A DNA stretch of 63,894 nt, the filler included, from Octopus bimaculoides (lineage: Eukaryota), in the NCBI RefSeq assembly GCF_001194135.2. It is 5 parts of 5 records of this genome, joined end to end, with 100 filler letters (N's around TTAATTAATTAA, not from the genome) between each part and the next. Parts side by side here need not be neighbours in the genome. Positions count along the whole stretch, not along the records: positions 1 to 18,739 come from NC_068996.1; 4 more parts are not named here. The stretch is one strand, 5' to 3'. A model generated the notes under the pieces. The model worked only from the letters and a program-made list of their open reading frames with translations. It ran no database searches and was not told the origin of the DNA. Within the stretch, counting starts at the first letter, position 1, and every line of letters begins with the position of its first letter. Positions 1-13,165 of this stretch are shown here, piece by piece. A program made the position numbers and the translations under genes.

Positions 1-119
1 ATTGATCATTAATTGATCTTTACAGTCGTATGAACCCTTGCAGCATCCCTTCTGCTCTTCTGGAAACAGGTGGTTATCTTCCAGGTGCTTACTCAATCTC
101 TGCGATATTATTGCAGTAA

Positions 120-190
<71 letters not shown>

Positions 191-191
191 C
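120..191. repeat. (ATT)n microsatellite
   Basis: Pure ATT run; it produces the poly-Y and poly-L ORFs in the track. Confidence 0.97.
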
Positions 192-899
192 ATATTTGCT
201 GCGGAACACATTGGAGTATTTCAACGCTCCAAGTAAGTTCAGTTCAAAATATTTATTTACACTATGGTTGGTATCTTTTTGCAATAATTATTTTAATCCA
301 AGTTGTGAACAGAAGCACCAGGAACCTATTGCTCGTGTTTAATGGTTTTGTAGCCCCCAAAGGGGCGATTTTCGGCCCATAAATTCGGTGGGCGTTAAGA
401 TTTAATAGAATCAATGCAACTCAAACAGACGGCGAGCGCGTCTTGTAAGAGTTGAGGAAAAAGAAAAACCTTCCTACCAATATGGTAACAGACTAAGACT
501 TCTTCCCCTTCCTTCTGTCACGGGCAACAATATAGAGGAAAGAGAGGGGGAGAAGAACAAGACTCTCATGGTATAAAGTACAACGAACAGTAACAACAAT
601 AGTAGAAGAAACACTAACGGTGGTAAAAATCACAACAGCAGCAGCCGCAACATTGACAGCAGCCGCAACATTGACAGCAGCCGCAGCATTAGTAGTAGTG
701 AGAGCAACAGCAACCACGAAAACGAAAGCAACTTCAGTGGCAGTGGTGATAGCAACAACAACAAAACCAATAACAGCAACAGCAAAACCAATACCAACAA
801 CATCGATAAGAATGACAACAACTACAGCAGCAGCAGCAGCAACACTGACAGGAACAAAATGAACAACGAAAACAATACAAATAAAAATATTAAAATTAG

Positions 900-1385
900 T
901 TTTGCAGCAACAGCCAAGACCAATCACAGATAAACCGTAGACCTCACAAATAGGGAGCAGATGTTCCCAGAGGCATGAGACTAATCAAACAAGAGAAAAA
1001 TTGGGCAAATCTGACAATCCCATCAGAGGCAATTGAATCAGCCGAGAGAAGAACGGTGCTTTTCAGATACATCTCAGCAGACACGAAAAGAGCGGCTTTG
1101 ATAGTCCAAGTAGATATTGAGGTGGCGCTGATGTGCATCAGAAATGACATCGAATACACAGAGAGGGCAAACAATACGGCACCATTTCGGTATTGTTTAA
1201 ATCAGAAGACCTCTATCTAGATACAATCTCGACGATCCGACGCGGTTTGTCCAAGTCCACGTTGGCACGTTCGGATGGTCGAGTCGGAACCTGTCAGACA
1301 AATGGAAACGTCTGAGCAGGTCTTTGAGGCACTTACATCCCCTTCTACTCCTATCCACTCCCACATAGTCTATATGCGTGTCCAA
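900..1385 (-). mobile_element. Tx1/L1-like LINE ORF2 remnant: end of the APE endonuclease joined to C-terminal zinc-finger region
   Basis: Minus-strand DRFRLDHPNVPTWTWTNRVGSSRLYLDR is an APE-endonuclease C-terminal motif. It is followed by frameshifted KQYRNGAV..CPLC and LSADSI..VRFA, which resemble the ORF2 C-terminus of the copy near 9000-9150. Confidence 0.7.
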
Positions 1386-2138
1386 NNNNNNNNNNNNNNN
1401 NNNNNNNNNNNNNNNNNNNNNNNNNNNNNNNNNNNNNNNNNNNNNNNNNNNNNNNNNNNNNNNNNNNNNNNNNNNNNNNNNNNNNNNNNNNNNNNNNNNN
1501 NNNNNNNNNNNNNNNNNNNNNNNNNNNNNNNNNNNNNNNNNNNNNNNNNNNNNNNNNNNNNNNNNNNNNNNNNNNNNNNNNNNNNNNNNNNNNNNNNNNN
1601 NNNNNNNNNNNNNNNNNNNNNNNNNNNNNNNNNNNNNNNNNNNNNNNNNNNNNNNNNNNNNNNNNNNNNNNNNNNNNNNNNNNNNNNNNNNNNNNNNNNN
1701 NNNNNNNNNNNNNNNNNNNNNNNNNNNNNNNNNNNNNNNNNNNNNNNNNNNNNNNNNNNNNNNNNNNNNNNNNNNNNNNNNNNNNNNNNNNNNNNNNNNN
1801 NNNNNNNNNNNNNNNNNNNNNNNNNNNNNNNNNNNNNNNNNNNNNNNNNNNNNNNNNNNNNNNNNNNNNNNNNNNNNNNNNNNNNNNNNNNNNNNNNNNN
1901 NNNNNNNNNNNNNNNNNNNNNNNNNNNNNNNNNNNNNNNNNNNNNNNNNNNNNNNNNNNNNNNNNNNNNNNNNNNNNNNNNNNNNNNNNNNNNNNNNNNN
2001 NNNNNNNNNNNNNNNNNNNNNNNNNNNNNNNNNNNNNNNNNNNNNNNNNNNNNNNNNNNNNNNNNNNNNNNNNNNNNNNNNNNNNNNNNNNNNNNNNNNN
2101 NNNNNNNNNNNNNNNNNNNNNNNNNNNNNNNNNNNNNN

Positions 2139-3358
2139 GTATGCGTTTTTGTGGTGTTGGTGTTGGTTTGGTTGTGTAAGGGGCTTTCAGGGGTTGTGTA
2201 CCTCCCTGCTTTGCTTGTGCTTGGTTTTGTCTTTTTTAATCTTTTTCTCTTACCCCCTGTGGCTATCTGCTATTCCACTGGACTGTCATCGTTTGACGAG
2301 AAGTCCGACAGATCAGAAGGGGGTAAGGGCAAGGCATCAGGTTCTATGCTTGTATTGTGTGGTGTGTGTGTTGTTGGGGATTTAGGTTTTGCATTTGTTT
2401 TTTCTTCGTTGGTGTTTGTTTTCTTCGTTGTTGTTCTTGGTGTTGGTGTTGGTCTATCTTTTGATGTTGGTGGTGGTGTTGTTTCCCTAATTGGTTTCAG
2501 TGTTGGAGTTGATTGTGGTGGTGTTGTTTCTTTTCTTGGTGTTGATGATGATGTCGTTTGGTTTACTTTATTGATGATCACTTGTGGGTTTGGTGGTGTT
2601 GGTAGCAAAGGTTGTTTTTATTTATTTTTTCTTTTGGTTGTAACTGTTCTTGTTTCTTTTTTTGTGTCAAAACGCACTTTGATATTAAGTGCTCTTGGAT
2701 ACCGCAGAGGTAGCAACGCGGTTTTTTACCCTCCGCCACCACATAGAGGCTTTGTCCATTTTCCAAGTGAATCACATTCGGCAATTTTTCCAGTGAATCT
2801 TGATCCATCTGGATCAAGATTTCAATGGATTTTCCGGGCCAACTGTCATTATGGACAACAGTGGTTTCTAAAACATTGATTGTTTTCAAATGAAAACATA
2901 TCGCCGAAGTAATCCACTTAATTTCCGGAGGGACATTATTTATTTTAATTTTACTTACTCTCTGTCCCATGTAGTATGGGACCATGATGAGTTCATCATT
3001 TTGTAAGGCTTCCATACTATGTATTTTCGCCTCTTCTTCATTATTGAACCGAAATTGCACCGTATTATATTGCGAACCCCAGTTTATATACCTGTTTAAG
3101 TTTTATAATTTTTTTAGCACATTTCTCAATGTCTGTTTTTGTAATTGGTTCTGTTAATTTTTTGCTTTTTCTTATTATTTTGTAAATAATTGTTCTTTTT
3201 TCTACGTCTTCTCTCACTTCTTTTGGTGTATATAATATTAAATTTTGTCCGGACGTAGAAAAAAGGGACCTGGTCTCTATGAGTTCTTTGTTTGTAAAGT
3301 GTAGAGTTTCTTTTTTTTGTTTAAGCATGTCTGCAAAGTTTTTGTTGTTGTTGTTGTT
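2139..3358 (-). mobile_element. LINE ORF1 (gag-like) with CCHC zinc knuckle, frameshifted
   Basis: ORF 2578-3060 contains CYLCGIQEHLISKC (CX2CX4HX4C), followed by a T/P/K-rich tail. It lies upstream of, and on the same strand as, the ORF2 remnant across an N gap. Confidence 0.75.
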
Positions 3359-3458
3359 NNNNNNNNNNNNNNNNNNNNNNNNNNNNNNNNNNNNNNNNNN
3401 NNNNNNNNNNNNNNNNNNNNNNNNNNNNNNNNNNNNNNNNNNNNNNNNNNNNNNNNNN

Positions 3459-3499
<41 letters not shown>

Positions 3500-3504
<5 letters not shown>

Positions 3505-4870
3505 CATCGGTGAGATAGCCATCAGAGATGCTTTGTCCTATGCAGAAACTGCAAGAGCTGCAAAAACTGCTCAGAAGTTTAGCAAACTCTTTCAAATGTA
3601 TTGCAATGTAGGAAAACCTTCCGTATTTTATGTCTTTCAGGTTTCATAGGCTGAACAATTCTCTGCACGGTTATCATCATTGTCTTCTAGACTCATGTCA
3701 TTCTGCTTCTTGCTGTCTAATTGCGTTTTCCATTTAATACTTTGTCACTTAATACACGCTCAGAAGCGTCCATCACTTCCGTGATGTCATATTGGCATAG
3801 CTCTTGGGAAACGTCCCTAAGTAATGCCAATAAAGTGAAAACCATGAAGAATGTTGAATCTTTCCCAATATTGCTGTATAGATAGTCTTTAATCTTCTCC
3901 TAGTGCCTTGGGTATATATATCCCCAGTGGTAATGTCGAAATATAGATGCTAAATGGTAACCATCACTTTCTGATCTATGAGATGCAACAGTTAGGAGGT
4001 GTCACATGGGTGATAAATGGTTTCATTGTGTGGTCATTTAAGTTGGTAGAGTGGTCAGAACATTTGCCTAACACAAGAATTGCTCTTAAAAGAAATATTC
4101 TTCTTGGTACTATAATCTCACAATTCAGCACTGAAATGCGTCATAAATCAATCTTCATAAATCACTTTAGTCATGCATCCTTTTTTGGTTAGAACGCCGA
4201 GGTACAGAGAGAATTAACATGCTAATATTCTTGAATGGATGAAATCAGGTAGAACGGTCTATAGATAATGGTTTAACTTTGAAGTCTCTATTGCCGTTCT
4301 TACAGAGCAGTAGAAACACTTTTTTTAAAGCATGGCAGCCTAACTTCCTTGGGCATCTTTTTCCCAGTAAAGGATTGTTTCATCTGCTTTAAAAACTTGG
4401 CGCGGTAAATATCTACCCTCATTCATCGCTTTCCGAAATTCATCAAGAAAATACCAAGCGGTTTCAGTATCTACAAGTGCTGGTTCATCTGAAACACCTT
4501 CACTGGTTAAATTAAGCCTTTTTAATGGCTACTTTGAAAAATATATTTGGTCAGCCGCATCAGTACACTCAACTAAGCTCTTACGTGTTTACTAAGCACA
4601 TTTAAGAGTACGTTTTTGTAATAGTCCTGCTCCACCTAGAGATTCCTGCATGAGCTGAAGCAATAATTTTTTATGTACTCTGATAATTCGATTTAATGAT
4701 CTTGAGGTGACATCTGTGAATGCTTTCAGGTTATCCGCACTCAATTTAAGAAGGAATCGAATGGTAGATACATAGGCACCAAACTCGCGAACCACAGCAG
4801 TAAAACTACCCCGTTACATAGTTTCTTGATCATCTCCACCTTTTCCTAGATACAATGTACTCTTCTGCAT
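3500..4870 (-). mobile_element. Tigger/pogo (CENP-B-like DDE) transposase relic
   Basis: Minus frames give VREFGAYVSTIRFLLK (HTH), GRYLPRQVFKADETILYWEKMP (cf. GYLPEQVFNADETGLFWKKMP), DFKVKPL and PPNCC (cf. FLPPNTT), with many stops and frameshifts. Confidence 0.8.
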
Positions 4871-5299
4871 TGTTTGTTTGGATCATGCACCTTCGCGTTT
4901 TTCTGTTCACTAGTGGCGTAAAAAAATACGCAGCCTTGCAGCTTGCAGCATGTTGGTTTACACATGAGCAATAATCAGTAGATTCTCGATAGCTGAGTAA
5001 TGTCGATGGTCGTTGGAACGCGCTTTTGCGGTCATCAGTCGCATTGTTGATCACAGATAAATTCATGAAAACCGTATCATGGTTCCCATTTGAGCCTATC
5101 GTGTTATCCTGGATCAAAATGAATGATTCAGTGATAAAAGAGGTACTAAGATAGATTTGTGCCCGCGAGCGCCCGTGTGTATGTGTGTGCGCGTACATGT
5201 GTGATAATTTATACTGACGATTTACGTTTTTTATTTCATACATAATCGATCAGTATTTTTTAATGTCAATATTTCGTATTTAAGTAAGATTGCAAGTGG

Positions 5300-5715
5300 C
5301 GAGCTAGCAGAACCGGTAGGATGCCGGGCAAAATACTTTGCGGCACGCGTAAGTTCTGAGTTCAAATTCCACCGAAGTCGAAGTCGATAAAATAAGTTCC
5401 AGTCGAGCTCTGAGGTTGATGTAATCGATCTGCCTCTCACCCGAACTAGTTGGCCTTGTGCCAAAGTTAGAAACCAATATATTTATGAAAATTTTAAGAC
5501 GGCGAACTTGCAGAAACTTTAGCACGTCGGGCGAAATCTTTAGCGGCATTTCTTCTGACTTTATGTTCTGAGTTCAAATTCCGCCGAGACCGACTTTACC
5601 GTTCATCCTTCCGGGGTTGATAAAATAAGTACTAGTCGAACATTGGGGGTCAATGTAATCGACTAATCCCACCCCAAACTTTCTGGTTTTGTACCAACAA
5701 TTTGAAACCAAGATA
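5300..5715 (+). mobile_element. Two tandem degenerate copies of SINE family A
   Basis: Both carry the core ttctgagttcaaattccgccgag...gataaaataagtac...gatgtaatcgact...gtgccaaa shared with copies at 20929, 29590, 30600, 41160 and 60575. Confidence 0.85.
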
Positions 5716-6298
5716 TGTAAATTTTTTTCTAAAATTTCTTAATATCTGTACTGGATGTTGATATCTTAAATATTATACTTAATATAAGTTTAAGAATAAA
5801 AGTGTAGAATAATTATTAGTTTTAATTATTATTATTATTATTGTTGTTATCAATATGAAAGAAAACAACTCATTATTTTTATAAAAGTTGTTTTTCTGCT
5901 TCTATTACCGTTATAATTGCTATTATTGTTCTTTTCTGCATGGTTGAACGCCTTTGGCAAACATACATGCACATTACTTTTATTTGATTTCCTCCTTTCC
6001 ATAAACTCATGCCGCCTTTAATTTTATTGTTATATGTTGTTTTTGTCTTATAGTTGTCAATTTATTATTATTCATTCTCCTATTTTCTTTTCCTTCCTGA
6101 ATTTTGCATCTTTTGTAAACTCGCACGCGCACACACGCATGTACATGTAAATATGTGTGTGTGTCTGTATTAATATATGTGCGAGTTAAAACATACACAC
6201 ACATGTGTGTATATATATATATGTATGTATCTGTACGTACACACACACGCGCGCGTATATATATGTGTGCATGTGTGCATGTATAACTAAATATCTAT

Positions 6299-6349
<51 letters not shown>

Positions 6350-6539
6350 GGTGAATTAAGATTTGTACTGCTTTTCAACTTAAGACATCATGGAACAACA
6401 CACAGAATCCCTAGAACGAATAATACAACGTATACTACAAGACTGAAATATTTTCAATAACTATTGAAATGAACTATAGTAAGGTATGACAGTCTATTTC
6501 ATAGTACACAGTCAATCACAATTTAGACACATTTAGAAA

Positions 6540-6833
6540 AATCCCTTCAAATATTCAACTTCAAAATAAATGTTTTCCAAATGGTTTGTTTCAAAATAGC
6601 TATCAAGTTATCGTGCACCATACCTGATAAAAATAAAAATACACTTCTTGTAGAATAGTAAATGAAGTGCTGCTATATATGATTAAGTATTCCAACTTCA
6701 CACAATTCAATATAAAGTGGTCAGTGAAGCAACCGAAAATTTTCCTCAGCTTGCTCCCACTAACTAAATACCATTATGTTAAGCATTATCTTTCTGATGA
6801 AGGCCCGAAATTTATTGGGTCAAACAATTAAAA
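6540..6833 (+). mobile_element. Degenerate Penelope GIY-YIG 3' fragment followed by a hammerhead relic
   Basis: Translations NKCFPNG..NSYQVIV and NIKWS resemble the Penelope endonuclease. ctgatga-a-ggccc...gggtc-aaac occurs at 6794-6825. Confidence 0.4.
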
Positions 6834-7004
6834 TCACACCGTAAGACATTCATACCGACCATAAACTAAACAGAATCCGTAAAGGAAAAATCATCTGTGA
6901 AAACGTAAAAAATAAAATGAAAATATGTAAATTGATAATGATATTCGGAAAAAAGTACCACACATTTTGGTCGGTGGAATAAAGACTGCTTTATTGCCGA
7001 GAAG

Positions 7005-7200
7005 AGAGATCCAGGGAAAGATTGAATAACTACTGAAATGTTAAGAAACGGAGGAGAGCAGCTACTGAAAACCTCGTTCTATGTTACAATTGAAAATATC
7101 TTGATTTTTAAGAAGGGTGATAAAGAAATTTCAAGAAACTATCATCTGTTGTCTCACTGCTACAAGTTGTCTACAAGTGTCATAGCAATAAGGTATAAAT
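7005..7200 (+). mobile_element. RTE-type LINE reverse transcriptase fragment
   Basis: PGKD*ITTEMLRNGGEQLLK and ILIFKKGDKEISRNYHLLSHCYKL match the RT N-terminal motifs PGPDGITAEMLK.GG and LIFKKGDK..NYRPISLL..YK. Confidence 0.75.
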
Positions 7201-7949
7201 TGTAGAATGAAAGTGTAGGATTATTTGGTAATTTGGAAGATGCTATTAAATAATGCATCCTACATGTTCAAGACGGAAAAACTGCCCGAACACTTATTTG
7301 AGGCTGAAAGTATGCTGTGGCCAGTTATATCGTGTATTATTAAGGAACAAAAGTTGTTAGATATCTCAAATTGGAACCGGATCGACGTAGAAAGAAACAA
7401 TTCAGTTTTTGAACGAACCACGAAGAATGTGAATTATCCACTTCAATGACGCATTGCGACATTTCGTTTGTGAGTGTGAAGGAAGCAGTGAACTTGGAAG
7501 GTTCCTCCACAAATCTTCATAAATCAATGTCTACCTTGATAGCCTGCTGTAATCACAGCCAGTAAAATTTAAGCGTTGATAAGGGCAGCTTTAGATGTTG
7601 TTCCTAACGAATTTTGCGTTAACAGTCCACACTTGTTTCCTAATGGGTAAAAATATTTCGTGACTGGCTGCGCAGTTGGTGACTGAAAAATGTAGAAGTG
7701 TTGAGGAAGGATTCATTAGTAATTTGTGCAATAACAATAAATATCCAGTAAAGATTTTCCAAGGTATTTCCCCACATGTTGGTGTTTGCTGAAGGTATTA
7801 TCTTCCGTTATCACACACATGTGCTGTCACGTTACAGAGATCACACCATAGAGAAGAATATATCTGGTTGTGGAATTGCTATCAGTGACCGATGGCTAAT
7901 TGAAAAGTAGCGAATGTTTTCGGCATGATAGGCCTTCGATTGTTAGTTT

Positions 7950-9400
7950 TTCTCACGATTTTACATGTTGGGTCTCTTCTTTCTTCAATAGCAGACTCTC
8001 AGTTGTCTTGCTAAATTATTTCTAATCTACTATTTCTAATCAGCCACTCGATGCATCAAAATTGTGCCTTCATATTACTCCTGTACATTTTGGCTCTTGA
8101 ACCTCTACTTCGGAGGTTAGATGTGCTTATGGAATCTCGTTCGAACTGCAAACACAGATGTAGTCATTTTTATTCTGCTTCGGAAATCGGCAAAATATTG
8201 AATTGATATAAGTCAGATGCAGATGCGCCTACAGGTAGTTGGCTTACAATTTGGCACATGAAGAGACAAGTCCATGCTGTCCGATAACAGTGTTGCCTGT
8301 CACTGAAATGAAATTCAGTGTCTAGTGCATTCCAGATGGCTACGTAGATAGAAACTAGGACAAAGTTACGAACAGTAAGCGTATTTTTCTTAGAAATAGA
8401 TTAAGAGTAAGCTATTCCTGAAAGGTTGGGAAGAACTGTGGAATATCTATATGGCATCCGTGAGGCATTTCTGATTATAGCGTATGTTCTTAAACAACGT
8501 GTTCTGCTTGTTAAAGTTACATCTAATGCCAATAAATTCTATATGGAAACACGGTGTTCCTCGTTGAAGATTATTATTTATGTACCGAAAATTATTATTT
8601 ATGAGCAGAGTTTCTCGGACATTGAGTAGTTGTGGACATTAGTAAGGTTCGCATTTTTGCTCATCTCTTGATGAAGATACAATTTAGGCTCAAATATCGA
8701 CCAAGAGTGGATGTTTGATAACTAGTGCGTTGCCAGGTACTACTCACCGTCCTCTGCCTGTCGGTTAACGTAACCTATGTACGTACCGTAAATACTTGCG
8801 TGGCAAAGAGGGTTAGTGACGAGTAAAGGCAACAAAGTTGTAGGTGATATTTTGACCGTAGATGAAAATAAACCAAGCAGTCTCTTCAAAGATACCTTTG
8901 GGTCAACGGTTAGGAAACTTTCAATAGTTCATGGTCTAGCAATGTTTTTGTTTTTTTATCGAGCGATTGGATATTACCGGTTCTTTATAATAACTGAAGA
9001 CAGAGTAATGCTGTCAGCATGTTCAAGATGTACACAGAGCAAATAAGCCACTCTATATTCACTACTTCCTTAATTGTGAATTAAATCGAACGCATATTAT
9101 GTTGTGTAGGGCGGATCCAGTTTTTAGTCGAAGCCATCATAAAAACCGCTCCAAGAACGTGCAGTTTTATTCTCTTTTGTTACTGCGGCGAAATAGGAAG
9201 TGCAATCGACAAAATTAAGAGGACTGAGTACAGTAATCTACTTCTTCGGCCGCGTGAGTGTCAGCTTTTCAAGTCACATTTGGAGAGTGAAGTGTTCTTC
9301 GAATAAATTTATTAAAATCATTATGTGAGTTGCGACTATGGTCTGGTGAAGAGATTCACTCTGACTATATGATCGTAGACCAGAATCTCAACTATAAGTG
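7950..9400 (+). mobile_element. Tx1-like LINE ORF2 relic (RT to C-terminal zinc finger)
   Basis: Collinear decayed motifs LLYILALEPLLRRL, VGLQFGT*RDKSM, KLFLKG, SIWKHGVP, TFGS, SACSRCTQS and GRIQFLVEAIIKTAP. Confidence 0.8.
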
Positions 9401-9649
9401 TACACTTGTTCTTAGCAGGCACAATAATGTAGGAGTTATTTGAAAACCCATCTAGCTGTAACTGGCTACCTCCATAACTGTCCCATTTTATTCCCATTGT
9501 GTTTGTTGATTTTGTTGTTTTTCATTTCTTTTAGCTATATTGAATGTAAAATCACAACCCTTCGTAATTTTATCTTACAAACAACTATTCTTTATCCTTC
9601 TAATGAAAAGTATAATTTTGTTTTTATTTTGTTTTATTTTCAACGTCAT

Positions 9650-10070
9650 CGTCGTCATCATATTCATCTGAGACCACCGTCACCCCTCCCATCCCCGTCC
9701 CCATTATCATCGTCATCATTATCACCAACACCCAGAACCACCAGCAACACCACCAGCGACAATAGCAGCAGCAGCAGCACCACCACCACCACCACCACTA
9801 ACACCACCACCACCACCACCATCACCACCACCACCACCACCATCATTGTTATTTAGAAAATCTTTACCAATTTACCAATATTATTCGTAACGTCTTTTTT
9901 ATTCCTATAATTGCAAGCATCATTATCATCATTATTACTATTTTTCGCAACTACTGATACCGTCTCCATCACCACTGTCATCACGTTTATGATGATGATG
10001 TTGACGATAATGATAATAACAATAATATTAATGATAATAATACTATGACTATTACTATAAGCTTGGTCAT
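9650..10070. repeat. Compound (CAT/CAC/CAG/AAT)n low-complexity tract
   Basis: Visible trinucleotide runs; source of the poly-T and poly-V ORFs. Confidence 0.9.
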
Positions 10071-10789
10071 TAATGTTTTTAATTGTTATTCTCATTCATT
10101 AATGAATGTTCTTACAGAGATCCTTAACAACTGAACTTTTCCTTTGATCCTTGTATGAATTTCGTAAATAGGTCCATTGTTTTTCACTAGTGTTGTACTG
10201 GGCTATCGATCATTTCACTATTAATTTTACTTTCCTATATTGTTTCTTTATTCATAGAGAAATTCCCTTTAGTTGTAATATTCATATTACAATTACTTAA
10301 TTACATCGTTTAAATTGCACCCCATATTTTCTCTTTTGTTATCACATATGATATTTCCTTGATGTTCACATTATTATTGTTACTAAAATATTTGTTGATG
10401 ATTGAGTTAGGAACTTTTTCAAATTTCATTATTTCTTCGTTGTAAATACTATGCCAAAATATTTCTTTTTCTGATCTTAAATGTAGTCAGTAATCCCCAG
10501 GTTCAATAAATATGTTTTTATTTTACTCTGTGATTTAGGTCTTAATTCTTAAACGTATATTCCAAATGATATTTTGCAATAAAATTCCTTAAAAAATATT
10601 TTGTTTTATCTTATTCTCTGTTACTCTCTATTAAAAGTAATTTTTTCCTAGCAGTTTAATTGAAATATGATTTTTATATTTTCAGTTTGTTCCCTTCACT
10701 ATATGTCAAATCTAGTATCTGGAAATATTGCACTATCCGTAAAGTTAAACGAATTTTCATGTCTTCCAATGTATATCTTTTCTCTTTTA

Positions 10790-10992
10790 TCTTTTACTTG
10801 TTTCAGTCAATTGACTTCGGCTATGATGGAGCACCGCCTTGAAGGAATCGACCCAAGAACTTATTTTTTTAAAGCCTGGTACTTATTGTATCAGTATCTT
10901 TTGCTGAATCGCTAAGTTACAGGGACGTTAAGACACCAGCACCGGTTGTCAAGGCACAAAGACACACACACAAGGATGTATATATAACACAG

Positions 10993-11000
<8 letters not shown>
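10790..11000 (-). mobile_element. SINE family B, 3' half
   Basis: ttttacttgtttcagtca..gagcaccgcc..aagcctggtacttat..gctaagttac..ggttgtcaag is shared with the copies at 36605 and 55650. Confidence 0.9.
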
Positions 11001-11062
<62 letters not shown>

Positions 11063-11084
11063 GTGTGTGGGCCAATCGTGACAA

Positions 11085-11290
11085 CCGATACATACTTTGT
11101 GTAGTTCTCACTGAAAATATCACCCACATCATAAGCAGTTGTCCGAAAATGTTATCATGGTATTATCTACCGATAAGACATGATGTTATAGCTAGGACAC
11201 TCTATAATGAAATCTGTCGGAAGGATAATCCCGAGGACAAAGAAATAAAAACCCACAATATGGTAGATGCCATAGCCACACATAGCCACG
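11085..11290 (+). mobile_element. R4-like (RLE) LINE fragment, CCHC region
   Basis: ENITHIISSCPKMLSWYYLPIRHDVIARTLYNEIC; near-identical to the inverted segment at about 11900-12090. Confidence 0.85.
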
Positions 11291-11340
11291 CACACATACA
11301 CACACACACACATATGTGTGCGCGCGCGCGTCATTATTCA

Positions 11341-12800
11341 GTTTATTTCAAGATTTCTTGCCAATATAGAAAGAACCGGTTTCTAACCTAGATCCAAAGC
11401 TACTTCACTGGAATTTCAACATCAGAAACATGGTATTTTTGCATGTATGTGTGTATGTATTTATGTATGTGCAGATTTGTATGTTTTATATATGTATTCT
11501 CATGCATATAGTTGCATATCTAGACATGCTTATATATATCTAAATGATAAACTTCTTGGAAGTTTTACAGATTTTTGCAGTTCCAGTGTGGATTGGATCT
11601 GTAGTCTTCCAATTAGCTTTCTCTTTTCCAGTTTTGAGAAGCTAATTTCTCAAGATAGGCAGTGTGTTACATATCCCAGGACTCCAATAATTACAGGTAT
11701 AAACCTGAACTTGTAATCAGGATAGAGTAACTGCAGATTTCTTAATAGTTCGGCATAGGTGTTCCCTTTTTCACTGATTTTTAGCTCTATTCGCTAATTT
11801 CCCCAATGGTGCACAGTTTTTCTTCTCTTTCCCAAAACATTATGTCAGGTCTATTGTGCTTACATTTTATTGAGGTCTTCACTGGTACATTTCCACTAGT
11901 ATTCCTTCTTATTATGTGTGGCTATGGCTTCTACCATATTGTGTTTTTTTTTATTTCTTTGTCCTCAGGATTATCTTTCGGACAGATTTCATTACAGAGT
12001 GTGCTAGCTATAACATCATGTCTTATCGGTAGATAATACCGTGATTACATTTACAGACAGCTGCTTATGATGTGGGTGATATCTTCAGTGATAACTCCTC
12101 AAAGTCTGCATCGGTTGTCGCATTTTACTGCTTTTCCTGCATCTCTAACCCTTTTGTGCATCAGGTATTTGGTTGATATTTCCTGTTCCTGGTTTGCAAA
12201 CGCATACCCTTCAAAGTGGGAGGTAGTAATCTGACTATTGGTCCATGGTAGACTGCTTTGATGATAATGTTACTATCATCTTGGAGCTTTCTACTAACAT
12301 ATCTATGCATAGTTTTCTGCTCATATATCTGATGATACGTTGCGGTAGAGTCGTGCAACTTCTTTGGGCATGTATTCTAGGTTATCAGACAACGAATGTT
12401 GCTCAAGGAGATGCCTTCCAAGTCTTATGGTGTTATCAGCCTTATGTATGCAAAGTTGGTCAAAGGATACACTTCGACACTTGGTGGTTAAAAGATATTG
12501 CCGAATGGATGTGATGCGGCATTCAAATTCATTTTGGATATTAAACCTCTGCCGCCTTGTTGTCGTTTTAGGTAGAGCTGGTCTACGTCACTGTATATGT
12601 GGAAACAATGTGTGCTTGTTAGAATATTTTTGGTTTTCACATCAATGGCTCAGATCTCATCAAGCATCCAATCAAGCAACCCAAATGTTAGTATGAGTAC
12701 TGGCACTGCAAACACATTACGGGCCACTCTTTTATTGAATGCAGAGAATTCTGAGTTTCAAATTTTCTTTATTCGGCTCTAATATTCTTTAGTGATACGT
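11341..12800 (-). mobile_element. 5'-truncated R4-like (RLE) LINE with 3' UTR
   Basis: RT C-terminus (DVDQLYLKRQQGGRGL), CCHC region (CRL..EDITHIISSC), RLE end (LLRNLQLLYPDYKFRFIPVIIGVLG) and a 3' UTR interrupted by a microsatellite. Confidence 0.85.
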
Positions 12801-13134
12801 GATTTGTTGGGTGCCATTGTAAGATATATTTTCATCCACCCCTATAAATGTATGTATGTGTGTGTGTATGTATGTATGTATGTATGTATGTATGTATGTA
12901 TGTATGTATGTATAAGCACACCTATTCTCATTACCATATACATTTACAAAGAATGCTGTTTTTCATATTCGTATACTTTTATATATAAGAAGGCATACTT
13001 TCTGCAGTTTCTAGTGGAATGTCAACATTATAATTTCTACACTTGTATACTTTCTAAGTTACTTAACTGCACTAGAGTATCAATTTTGTTTTTTTTACCA
13101 GACTTTTCAATACAAGTAGTATAATTTATACATA

Positions 13135-13165
13135 AACTAGCAGTGATACCCGGCGTTGCCCGTGT
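13135..13165 (+). mobile_element. Possible Helitron/Helentron non-autonomous terminus
   Basis: aactagcagtgatacccggcgttgcccg resembles the ACTAG...CCCGGCGTTGCCCG termini of invertebrate HINE-type elements (from recall). Confidence 0.45.

Noticed and set aside
493-927. A/V-rich or T/A-rich ORF with a repeated 18-nt unit (gcagccgcaacattgaca)
   Set aside because: Low-complexity simple repeat next to a LINE end; no splice or domain support.
1275-2879. Long 534-aa and 335-aa ORFs
   Set aside because: They run through N gaps and the antisense strand of the LINE ORF1; the same applies to the other X-rich ORFs.
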